Source: Chrysochromulina tobinii
Lineage: Eukaryota
Direction of reading: 5' to 3'
DNA length: 47,499 bases
NCBI GenBank assembly: GCA_001275005.1
Contig: JWZX01003092.1
Span: 1-47,499 of the forward strand
How positions within the stretch are numbered: position 1 is the first letter of the stretch; the number at the start of each line of letters is the position of its first letter. A program made the translations under genes and the position numbers. Shown in pieces: positions 34,801 to 44,311 of the stretch. The notes under the pieces were generated by a model that was not told the DNA's origin, made no database searches, and saw only the letters and a list, made by a program, of their open reading frames with translations.

Positions 34801-37587
34801 TCAGAGGCCATCAGGGGCCATCAGGGGCCATCAGAGGCCATCAGTGGCGCTCGCCTGTAGAGTAGCGTGAGCTCCCAGTAGATGAAGTCGGGTTGCCGAC
34901 TTCCTTTTTTGGTCTCGGAGGGCGCGAATGTGAAGCGCAGCACGAGCCGGCACGTGCGGTGATGCGTTGGGTGAAGCCCGTCGCGCGTGAACATGTTGTC
35001 GCGCCGCATGCAGTCGATGCCCAGCTTGAACCCACCCATGTTCACTTGCTTTGCGCGTGAGACGAAGTAGAGCGCCTCGGCAAGCGCCCCCTTGGCTTGC
35101 TTTGTCGGTTCGTTGATGATGAGGGTCGAGCGCAGCACATCCGTCGTGCATGCCTCGGCGAGCTCGCCGTCCTTGAAACGGCTGTGGAATTCGTCACACG
35201 CGTGCTCGTGGATGGAGACAGCATCCTTGGGTGGCAGATGCTGAAGGTGCGCCGCGCTACTTTTGGAGATGTCATCTCCGATCGTCACGCTGCCCCCGAG
35301 CTGCGGCACGTCGTTGATGAGCCCAACGAGCGCCGCCTGCGCCACGTGAACGAGACATATTGCTCAGCGGCCATTCCGTCGCAATCAGAGGTACTCAGCT
35401 GGCCATCAGGCGCAATCAGAGGTAATCAGCTGGCCATCAGGCGCAATCACCTGCGCCAGGTCGCGGTACTTTTCGCTCACAACATAGAGCTCCTCCGTGC
35501 GCCACACGAGCTGCTGCCAGAGCGCCTTGCACGTCGTCGCGCCCAGATTTTCGCCCATCGGACGGAGAATCTGGCGTCGGCGAGCAAGGAGCACCAGCCG
35601 CTTAAGGAACCGATGGTGCGGTGCGGCCGCCCTCTCAAACCATTCTGTGTCGGCTTTCTCACCCGGGCGTGGTGTGGGCGCATCCTTGGCGCACTCGCAC
35701 ACAATGGCCTGCGCTTGCTCATCCGTCATCCCGAGCTTGCTCGAGATCACGCCGCTCTCTGCTCGCTTTGCCATTTCCTCGTCGAGCACCGTGAGCAAGG
35801 CAGGCGCCACTCGCGCACCGAGCTCCTTCCAATAATCAGACTTGGGCGCGCCGCCGTCCTTGAGCTCCTTGGGGATGCGCACGCACTTGCCGTCACCGTT
35901 GAAGGCGACCGCGCGGCCCTCCGGCAAGAAGTGTGCGCCATGCTTGAACCGATCGTAGCTGGTCATCCCTTCTATGCGCTCACGCTCGGGTTCCTCGAGT
36001 GCCCGGCAGTACAGCTTGTCATGCGCGGCACAGATCTGCGCGAAGTGGAGCATGTGCGGCAACCAGCGCGCCTTCGTTTGCCCAAACTGTCGCAGCTGCA
36101 ACTCGACGACCTTCTCCTGCTCTCGGGGCTGCAAGGGCAAGACGTCCATGCGCACGAAGCCGGGCCAGTCCACCGCGCACTGGTCCACGTACCTGCCATC
36201 GTCGGAGGCCATCATGGGCAGTCAAAGAACGCAACCCGATCGCAATCAGGCAGCAATTCGTCAGAGAACGCCATCCGATCGCAATCAGGCAGCAATTAGT
36301 CAGGGAACGCCATCCGATCGCAATCAGGCAGCAATTAGTCAGGGAACGCCACCCGATCGCAATCAGGCAGCAATCCAGAGTGTGCACGTACTGCGTACTG
36401 CGACATGCAACCGTCATTCGGTAGTGTTGGTGCGCGACGGTGCCGACCAAGTAAGAGCGCAGTTGGCTCGCCCGCCCCTTGCTGATCGAGAAGTCGAAGT
36501 CGTCGATGAGGAGCACGCACGCGCGCAGCCGCAGCGCCGCCTTCAGGAGGCGCACCCGAGGTTCGTCACCGGCAAATTCGGACGCCACGTACTCGAGGAG
36601 CGCCAGGGGAGTACCGTCGAGGTCACACTCTAGTAGGGGATCGCGTCGGCCATAGATGATGCGTAGGAGCTTGGCGCTCTCGAGGCTAATGGGCAGGAGC
36701 GGCAGCGCGCCCTGCCAGGGCGGCTGATTGCCTTTCTTGTCCAACGGCCCGCCGCACCGGAGAGATTCGAGCTCGCATGAGATCGCAATCTCGTACGCTA
36801 GCGTCGTGAGCATGACGCTCTTGCCCTCGCCTGGTCCGCACACGAGGAGGATAGGCGTGCTGCTCACCTCGCCCCGCTTGCGCTCCTCAGGGGGTGCGTC
36901 CACAAAGAAGGCGCACAAGTCAGACAGCGCAGACGCCTCCCCTAAGGCGTCCCCCCTCGGCCGTGGAGTCTGTGCCGACACCTTGACACTTCGGCACACA
37001 AAGTCGCCCGCAACCTTCGCCTCCTGGTCGCCGCCGCCGAGCGCGGCCATCTCGTCCTCCTCATCGACGGCCTTCGCGCCCTCCGTATACACAGCGCGCG
37101 CCACGCCCGTTAGCGGGTCGATGAACCGGCCCTTGCGTTCCTTCACGTTCTGCAGGTATGCGAAGTGCACCTTCTGGAACTCCTTGAGAGTGTAATTCGC
37201 CTCGACGGTGAAGATGCTCTCGGCGAATTTTTCGAGCTCGGCGCCTGCCTTCGCCGGGAAAAATATAACGGAGGAGTACTCGGCCACCACCTTGTACTCG
37301 CCGTTGGCCACCTTGGCCTTCGTATCCTTATCCTTCGCAAGCCCCTTGGCGAGCTTCGCCTCGTCCTTGGCCCGGCCGCGCGCGGAAGGCGCTACTTCCG
37401 CGCCCAGACCATCCACGAGTCGGACGGTGACCATCGGCATGTACACCGAATCGACGGGAGACCCCGACTTGGGGTCAATGATCACCGTCGGCAGGCCCTT
37501 TTTGTCGTCAATCTGCCGTGGGTCCTGGCCAGTGATCCGAATCTTGTCTACGGCGGTGCATGCCGCGGGACGCTTCGGAGCCGACAT
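31822..37587 (-). CDS. NLR-like protein: NACHT/STAND P-loop + RelA/SpoT-like nucleotidyltransferase-like region + RNI-type LRRs; exons 37587-36392, 36192-35451, 35336-34855, 34614-32488, 32329-31822 (~1684 aa)
   Basis: Four introns join five ORFs into one frame. Walker A ILLVCGPGEGKS; Walker B CVLLIDDFD; PPKD..IHEH..DEF..RFKDG..EAC..DVLR and PTHHR..YWEL; LRRs LTCLNLSYNELG, LRQLNLSADEIG, LTNLNLNSNRLG. Confidence 0.75.
32330..32487 (-). other. Intron (GT-AG, 158 nt) with a 30-bp minisatellite
   Basis: at|gtacgt...gtggcag|gtatgc, phase 2. On the + strand catcaatggcaatc starts at 32347, 32377 and 32407. Confidence 0.75.
34615..34854 (-). other. Intron (GC-AG, 240 nt) filled with ~10-11-bp atcagaggc(a/c) repeats
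   Basis: ctctacag|gcgagc...ctctacag|tccg, phase 2. Removes an in-frame stop. Confidence 0.75.
35337..35450 (-). other. Intron (GT-AG, 114 nt) with a 31-bp tandem repeat
   Basis: tggcgcag|gtgatt...tggcgcag|gcg, phase 0. On the + strand gcaatcagaggta(c/a)tcagctggccatcaggc occurs twice. Confidence 0.8.
36193..36391 (-). other. Intron (GT-AG, 199 nt) with a 39-bp minisatellite x4
   Basis: ca|gtacgtg...gatggcag|gtacgtg, phase 2. The + strand unit is gtcagggaacgccatccgatcgcaatcaggcagcaatta. Confidence 0.8.
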
Positions 37588-37807
37588 CGGTGATGGTACG
37601 GGTATTCGTCTTCCGAGCTGTTCGAGTCAGCCCTGGGATCACACGCAGAGGTCCCTCGCTCGCGGCGTCGGCGCCAGTCGGAGTCGGGAGGTCGCAACAG
37701 ACCTCGAAAGTATACCGGTACCGGTACCGGTAAACTTAATATGAAACGAGTTTTGGGGTGAGCCACGCCCGCGCCCAAAGAAACATCCATGTTTACATGT
37801 ACATGTA

Positions 37808-39277
37808 TCACGCGACGAACACGTCGGTGACCATCTCATCGATGTCCCGCACCTGTTCCTTAACCTTCCGGCGGATCTCCTCGCGTCCAAAGGCCCAGAC
37901 GCGCACCACCTTGCCACAGGCACCGCTGTCCGAGTGAGCTCCGTCACCTACGTCGTCCTCGTGCCTGGTGCGCTTGCTGCCTGCCGGAGCCGCCGGTGCC
38001 GGTATGCTGCTGTCGATGCAGAGCCTCGCGGCGAGGGGCAACGGCGCGTTGCCCTTCTTGCCCGGGACCCACGCGACCTCGACGACGTCGATGGCACGCC
38101 CATTCGGGTGCGCACGAAGGTCGGCTGCCCATCCGGAGAGTGTGGTGCCGACTGAGATCACCACGACGCGTTTGCAACCGTCGAGCGGTCCGCCGTGGCA
38201 CAAGAGGAAGTGAACTTTGATACGACGCAAGTTGCCGATCGAGAGCCGGCCGTGCGTGCGCGTGTGCTGGCGCGGGTGCTGGCGCCATCCGAAGAGCGGC
38301 TCGTCGCCCGACACCTTTCCACAGCGCCCGCCGATGTGGAAGAAAGTGAGCCACCACCACAAGTCCACCGGAGTATCGAGTTGGGCGCTGTGCGCTGCCT
38401 CCGAATCCTCAAGCTGGGCCTCTGCCGCTGAGGCCGACGTCTCCTGTGGGCTCGCGCTCTCCAAGGCACTCGCGCTCTCCAAGGGCCCATCGCGGTAGGC
38501 GCCACGCGTTGTCGCGAGCACCGCGTCCACCGCTGCACGCCGAAAGATGGCGGTCTGATGGAGCGCTGGGATCTCGATGAATCTCCCAGATGCCATCTGA
38601 GCGGGCGTGCACAGGCTGTTCTGCCACGCGGCGTACGCTTGCATGCCTGGCCGCTCCCACCCAATGAGCTCGATCAGGCAGCTCACGCCGTCCCACTCGG
38701 GATGCGCCTCCAGAAGCGCCAGCATCAGTGCGAACGCCTCCGGAGACGCACGCTCGTCATCTGACTCCATCTGGGCAATCAGCGAGGCACGCGCGTGCTG
38801 CAGCGCGAGCGTCATCGCCGCGCCCTGCCCACGATTTCTCCCGTCGGCCCGGCGCAGCAGCCGGAGCCGGTGCTCGGGTCGCGCCGCCGTCGCAACCTCG
38901 GCAGCACTAAGTGGCTCACACTTTTCGGGCGCAATTTTGGCGCCTGCGAAAGAGGGATGGTCGACGCCTTCGAGAGCACGCATAGGCTGACGCAGCGCTG
39001 GATTGAGCACGGCCTCATTGGGCTCCATTGGGGAAGATGCCGTCCCGACCGGCTCGTCACTCGCCCGCGTTGGACCCATAGCCTCGACGAGCTGCTGCAA
39101 GAAGGCGAGCGAGCCATCGGTGCCGCCATCAAAGGCGACGAGCAGCTCGATGGGAGCGTCATTGCGTAGGCGCTGCTTGAGCATGTCCCGGACGGCGAAT
39201 GTGAGCCACGGCATCGCGTCATACACTGGTAGTATGACCGAGAGAGTAGGCGTCGACCCGCACGACGAAGAGTGCAT
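37808..39277 (-). CDS. Glycosyltransferase family 2 (GT-A), B3GNTL1-like
   Basis: LSVILPVYDAMPWL..ELLVAFDGGTDGS, GQGAA..AL....LIAQMESDD, YAAWQNSL..RFIEIPALHQT..FRR, DLWWW, WRQHP. Confidence 0.75.
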   Translation of the reverse strand: MHSSSCGSTPTLSVILPVYDAMPWLTFAVRDMLKQRLRNDAPIELLVAFDGGTDGSLAFLQQLVEAMGPTRASDEPVGTASSPMEPNEAVLNPALRQPMRALEGVDHPSFAGAKIAPEKCEPLSAAEVATAARPEHRLRLLRRADGRNRGQGAAMTLALQHARASLIAQMESDDERASPEAFALMLALLEAHPEWDGVSCLIELIGWERPGMQAYAAWQNSLCTPAQMASGRFIEIPALHQTAIFRRAAVDAVLATTRGAYRDGPLESASALESASPQETSASAAEAQLEDSEAAHSAQLDTPVDLWWWLTFFHIGGRCGKVSGDEPLFGWRQHPRQHTRTHGRLSIGNLRRIKVHFLLCHGGPLDGCKRVVVISVGTTLSGWAADLRAHPNGRAIDVVEVAWVPGKKGNAPLPLAARLCIDSSIPAPAAPAGSKRTRHEDDVGDGAHSDSGACGKVVRVWAFGREEIRRKVKEQVRDIDEMVTDVFVA

Positions 39278-39300
39278 CCTGCAGACCTGCACTTGATGTT

Positions 39301-39323
39301 GTGAACGTTAACACGAAAGACGC
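39301..39323. repeat. Partial copy of the 15.1-15.4 kb repeat unit
   Basis: gtgaacgttaacacgaaagacgc vs gtgaacgttaacacgacagacgc (1 mismatch in 23 nt). Confidence 0.75.
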
Positions 39324-39640
39324 TTGTGAACTCTAACGGGTCTTAGATCTCGGAATGAGCGTTGATGGGTGGAACACTTTTCACCTCTCGCGATTCGCCT
39401 CTGAACTCGAGTGCCAAGTACCCGGTAAGAAGTAACAAACAGGGCCCAAGTAACCGAGGCGAGAGCCAGAGGAGAGAGGCCGATGCACTGACCTAGCTCA
39501 GTGCGAGCAGCTCCCTTTCCTGAGGCGCGAGGCGCGACCCCGCTCGCGCGCTACGTTTTTGTGGGCCGATCTCCCTGTCACGGGGCATGTGTATGCTCAG
39601 TAGCTTCCCTTGCTTGCTTGAAATGGATGACATGGAGAAC

Positions 39641-40492
39641 TCATTTGCGAACTATCCATGAGTTCCATGCGATTTCACGGTATGTCACCTGGAGCTGTCG
39701 TGGGCATTCGCGCAAGTCTGGCGGACCGCCTATGCCATACTCCTCTGCTGCGCCATTGAAAAAGTCATCCACTGCGCCCTTAGTGGCCCGCCCGCTTTCA
39801 TCTACGGTACCATCACCGTTCAGTGTCCAGTTTTGACCTGATCCAGCAGGATCAATCCCAAACCTTCGCGTGTAGAAAGATGCAGCCCAAGGCGATGGCT
39901 TTGGTTCCTTCTGGGTAGTATAATCATGGCCCGCCATGATACCTCCTTGTCGTAGCTTTGGCCACCAAGTGGACAAGTCCTCCAGGACACCCTTTCGATC
40001 GTGCCGTGCATCAACATAAATGAAATCAAAGTGTGAGTCAGGATAGCGTTCAGCGCAACTTGTGGTGGTGTTAATGCACTGTGCGCCGTCTCGTGCATGG
40101 CCCAAGCTGATTTGGTCTTGCAGTCTTTTGAATGCCTCTGATTGGAATCGGTCCTGCACATGTTGCGCATGGTTGGCAGTATCCAGATAGTTAACAAGGT
40201 GCCGCCAGGTATCAACCTGCACATAGTAAGAGCACATGCGCCAGCCTTCCAAGGTAATGGTTGTGAATTCACCTCTTGCGACGCCAAGCTCGACACCTCT
40301 GCCCGTAAGTCCCAACTCTCTTAACAAGTGACCGATGTCGTCACGAAAGCGAACAGGTGGCAGCGGGTTCCGATAGACCCCTCGGCACCCCGAAGTGGCA
40401 TCCATACTGTGCATCCGAAAGATGATCCAGTACAGAACCATCCTGCGGGGATAGTTGTGCGATCTCAAATAGGACGAGGACTCGCATGCCAT
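39641..40492 (-). CDS. Class I SAM-dependent methyltransferase (Methyltransf_24-like)
   Basis: GVELGVARGEF, VDTW, FDFIYVDARH..V..DL..WWPKLRQGGIMAGHDY. Confidence 0.85.
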   Translation of the reverse strand: MACESSSYLRSHNYPRRMVLYWIIFRMHSMDATSGCRGVYRNPLPPVRFRDDIGHLLRELGLTGRGVELGVARGEFTTITLEGWRMCSYYVQVDTWRHLVNYLDTANHAQHVQDRFQSEAFKRLQDQISLGHARDGAQCINTTTSCAERYPDSHFDFIYVDARHDRKGVLEDLSTWWPKLRQGGIMAGHDYTTQKEPKPSPWAASFYTRRFGIDPAGSGQNWTLNGDGTVDESGRATKGAVDDFFNGAAEEYGIGGPPDLRECPRQLQVTYREIAWNSWIVRK

Positions 40493-40937
40493 GGTCTATC
40501 GGGCATGGGGGAGGCTTTGCGCGACAGGATCGCGCGTGTTTGCGAGTCGCGGGAACTGTCGCGAGATGACCGTCGCAATTCGCGTCATATCGGCACACTC
40601 ACACGGAAAAGAGTGGGAGAGGCGAGAGGCGTGATGTGGGACTGTGGGGAAATACCGGGTAGGCGTACGGGGTTCGTCTGCTCTTACGGGGGTCAGGTGA
40701 TTCGGTACGTGGAGCGCACATCGTAACCGCCATTCTGATTCTCTCAGATTCGCTATCTTCTCCCGAAGCCAGTGTGTCGCGGTGGTCCGAAAGGGGCATA
40801 ATATGGAAAGGGGAGCGCGGCTTACTACATTAGGTCGTTCTGGGATCTCTCGTCATTCAATTGGTGCGACAAACTCTGACGGACCACGCGGAATATAAGG
40901 GATTTTCTCTCGTGCGCTCGTCGCTCATACAGATTCC

Positions 40938-43880
40938 TCACTTGCTTTCGGCAGAATGAGATTCACCTCCCTCTGAGGACGACATCATCAGACGCCTGAT
41001 TTGCTCGTTGGTCAGACCCGGCTCGCCCTCGGCCCTCTCGCAACCACCTGCACAGGCCGCTGGCGCCGCTCGCTCTGCGCCGCCTCCGCGACCGGCGCCC
41101 GTCCCACGCCCGGGCTTGGCGGCCGGCGCACCGCCCGCGCGGCTCGTCTTGAGCGCCCGCGGAACAAGCATGCCCGCCGGCTTTGGGGCGCCGAGTTGGG
41201 CGGCCGCTGGCTTGGGGGCGCCGTGTTGGTCGGCCACTGGCTTGGGGGCGCCGTGTTGGGCGGCCGCCGGCTTTGGGGCCGCCGCTGGCGTAGGCGTGTC
41301 GCCCGCCGGAGCCGTCGCCGCTGGCGTGCTACGGGCAGCCGCCGGCGCGGCGGCGTTTGCAGTGGGCGAGGCGCCGGCCGCCGCAGCAGCGACGCGCGCA
41401 CGAGAGGCAGCGGCGCGCGCGGCGGCAACTGTATAGCCTGGCTCGGCTGCACTAGTGTCGGCTCGGCTGGCACTTGCCGACGACCGTTTGGCTCGCTTGG
41501 CCGGCGCTTCGCCTTCTTTGCTGTAGGCGGCTTCCTTATTTGGGTCTCGATCCGCTGCCTTGTTTGGGTCTCCGAGACCGGTGCTGTCGCCGCTGCCCTC
41601 AGCGCCACCCGCGCCAACGTCCTCGCCCTCGTCCGCAGCCTGAGCCACCTCCCGCGCCTCCATTCTTTTGGCCTTGCGCTTCTGCTTCCCGAGCTGGTTG
41701 TGAGCCGCGCGCTTGGCCGCGCGTGCCTCGTCGTCCGCCATCGCACTCTGCAGGGCGAGCTGCTGTTGCAGATGCTCCTGCTGCGACCGTTGAAGGCGAC
41801 GCGTCCAGAGAACGCGCACGCGCGCGGCGCACCGCCCCTCGGCATCGCGCAGCTGCTCGAGCGTGCCACAGCACCCTTCCCAGCCGACGTAGGCGGCCTG
41901 GAGAGTCATCGTCTGCTCGAGATCGCTGAGCTTGCCGAGGGCGCGCCGGTAGACGCCGCGCGCCCTCTCGGGCGTACCGAATCTCCGCTCGAGCTCCGCG
42001 AGCTCAGTCCAGATCGCGGCGAGCTCGCACGCGGGTGGGTGGTTCAACAGCGGCTCGGCGAGCGCGCGCGCCTCTTCGATGGAGCCGAGGGTCTCAGCCT
42101 CGATGTGCATCCAGAGACGCGGCACTGTCGCCTCCGGGTCAGCCTCGTACAGATGATACGCGCGGTAGGCGAGCACGAGGTCGCGGGCGGCGCGCACCGA
42201 CTTCACAACCTCGGCCGCCTGACCCGCCCCCAACTGTGTGAACGTCGCCGGAGCATCCGCCGGCGGTGGCCGGCGCGGTGGCGGCGGCGCCATCGATGCT
42301 GGGGGCGGTGCCGCCGGCGCCTCGCCCGCACGTTTCAGCGCGCTTGCCGCGCGGCGGCGCTGGTACTGAGAGTAAGTGATGAGGAGCCGTAAGTACGCAT
42401 TGCCGCCGTAGGCGGCCGCACCCGCCGCGGCAGCTAGCTCAAGCTCTCCCTCGCCGCCCTCCTCGCCGTCGCCGCCGTCGCCGCCGCCGCCGCCGCCGTC
42501 GCCGCCGCCGCCGCCGCCGTCGCCGCCTCCATTCCCGCCGTCGGCGTCTCGCGCACTGACAGCGGCTGCTCCCGGCAGGCCCATCGGCGCGAGCGCGGCC
42601 CCGAGCGCGCTCTCGAAGCTGCTCTTGAGCTCCTCGGGCGGCGCGCGCGCGTGCTCGAGCGCGCGTAGCCGTTCGACCCATAGCCCCGTCGCCTCCGGGC
42701 AGCAGCGCACGGCGCGCGCGCTCACCTCCCGCAGCACCTCCCCACTCGGCAACGAGTTCCAGACGAACCGTAGGTAACGACCCCACACCCAGGCGCACGC
42801 GTGTAACGGCCGGCCGGTTTCGTCAAGCTCGCCTGGACATAGGAGCCGCTCGTAAAGCAGCCGCACGCGCCACGGGTCTGCCGTCCCCTCGAGCTCCAGG
42901 TACTGAGCCCAGAGCTCCCACACGCCACCGAAGGCCGCGCCACTGCCCCATGGATCCGGATTGACGGAACCGGCGCGGGCCGCGCGCTTGCGTGCGGCCG
43001 CTAGGCGCATCTCAAGCTTGCGCCGCCGGCCAGCCTCGCGACGTGCCTGCTCGGCGCTCTTGGCGAGCGTCGCCACGAGCGCTGCCGTCGGCTTCGTCTC
43101 GGGCGCGAGCGCATCAAGCGTTGTCGCGAGAGCGCCGTACCGGCGCTGCACGGCCTCGAGCTCGAAGGTGGGCACCCCGAGGCATCGCGTGTACAGTCGG
43201 CGCACACGCTCCGCCCTGCTCGCGCGTCGGCGCCCGTCCCGAGCAGCCGCAGCTCGAGCACCTCGTATGTGCACCACAGCAAGCCACCCTCACTCACATG
43301 CAGACCCGCCGGGCCTAGGGCCGATGAGGATGCGTCCACGCCCGTGCCCGTTAGGGCAGCCTCGAGGGCGGCGCGCACGGCGGCGGCGCCGCTTGAGGCA
43401 GCCTCGGTCAGAGCGGCCGCCGCCGGTGCGCTCGGGCTGGCCGCTAGCTGCTCCACCAGCGCCGTGGCCGCCGCCGCCGCCGCAGCAGCAGCAGCGGCGG
43501 CGTCGATCAGGTCGTCGTCGCCGCCGTTGTCGGGTAGGAGGCCAGGCGCATCGAGGCGCGCGACGTGCCGAACATAGCACAGCCAGAGTGGTACGCTCAG
43601 ATGATCGCGGCACGCGCGAAGGCACAGCGCTTTGAGCGCTTCGGCCTCGGCGGCCGTGCGTGCGAGCCGTGCCTCGTCACTGATCCACTCGAGCCACACG
43701 GCATCATCGAGCGGGCAGAAGCTCGCCGCGAGCTGTTCTCGCGCCGCACGCACACCATCGAGATCAGCCTGCCCATTGAGGAGTGTCGCTAGCCGTAAGA
43801 GCTGCGCCTGCGTTGGTGCGGCGGTGGCGAGCGCCTCTCGGATGGCAGCAATCTCGGAGGCGGCAGCAGCGTCGTCAACA

Positions 43881-43959
<79 letters not shown>

Positions 43960-44062
43960 TGCCGTCATTATCATCTTCGTCGTCGTCGCCGTCGTCATTG
44001 CCATCCTCCTCCTCACCGTCTTCTTCCATATCCTCGACCTCCTCGACCGCAGCCGTAGCCAT
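40938..44062 (-). CDS. SART3: SART3/Prp24-like HAT-repeat protein (apparent frameshift near 43210-43250)
   Basis: Acidic N-terminus; PL...WLEWISDE, DHLSVPLWLCY, AGLHVSEG.LLW..YE, ERVRRLY.R.LGVP; further HAT repeats; LVPRAL; C-terminal LTNEQIRRLMM resembling the LSm-interaction motif. Confidence 0.7.
43881..43958 (-). repeat. (GAC)n microsatellite encoding poly-Asp
   Basis: About 25 perfect tcg units on the + strand. Confidence 0.95.
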
Positions 44063-44311
44063 CGTCGTATCCTTTCACGGCCCCAATTCACAGCACTGTA
44101 AGGTTCCCTGTCAGCTTGGAAGCAGCGCAGCGCAAGCAACCGCGTAGGTTACGTTTACGGTACTTTGCCAATGAATACAATCGCAAATCTACTCCAAATC
44201 TCAGGGAAACACAGCGGCAGACCCTTGTTGGCCAGCCGCGATTTTGTGTTTATTCTGAGTGTGCACCCAGACGCGTACATGCGATGTTGTAGAGCTATCA
44301 CATTGGCCGCT

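Noticed and set aside
36221..36375. 39-bp repeats as a CRISPR array
   Set aside because: The units are contiguous with no unique spacers, there are no cas genes, and the array lies inside a spliceosomal intron.
37713..37732. Palindromic (taccgg)n run upstream of the NLR-like gene
   Set aside because: A short simple repeat with no evidence of function.
389..40492. Sulfotransferase, GT8, GT2 and methyltransferases as a biosynthetic gene cluster
   Set aside because: They are spread over 40 kb among unrelated housekeeping genes, and these families are common in algal genomes.
42460..42530. (GCC)n tract as a separate element
   Set aside because: It is an in-frame poly-Gly/Asp linker within the SART3-like gene.
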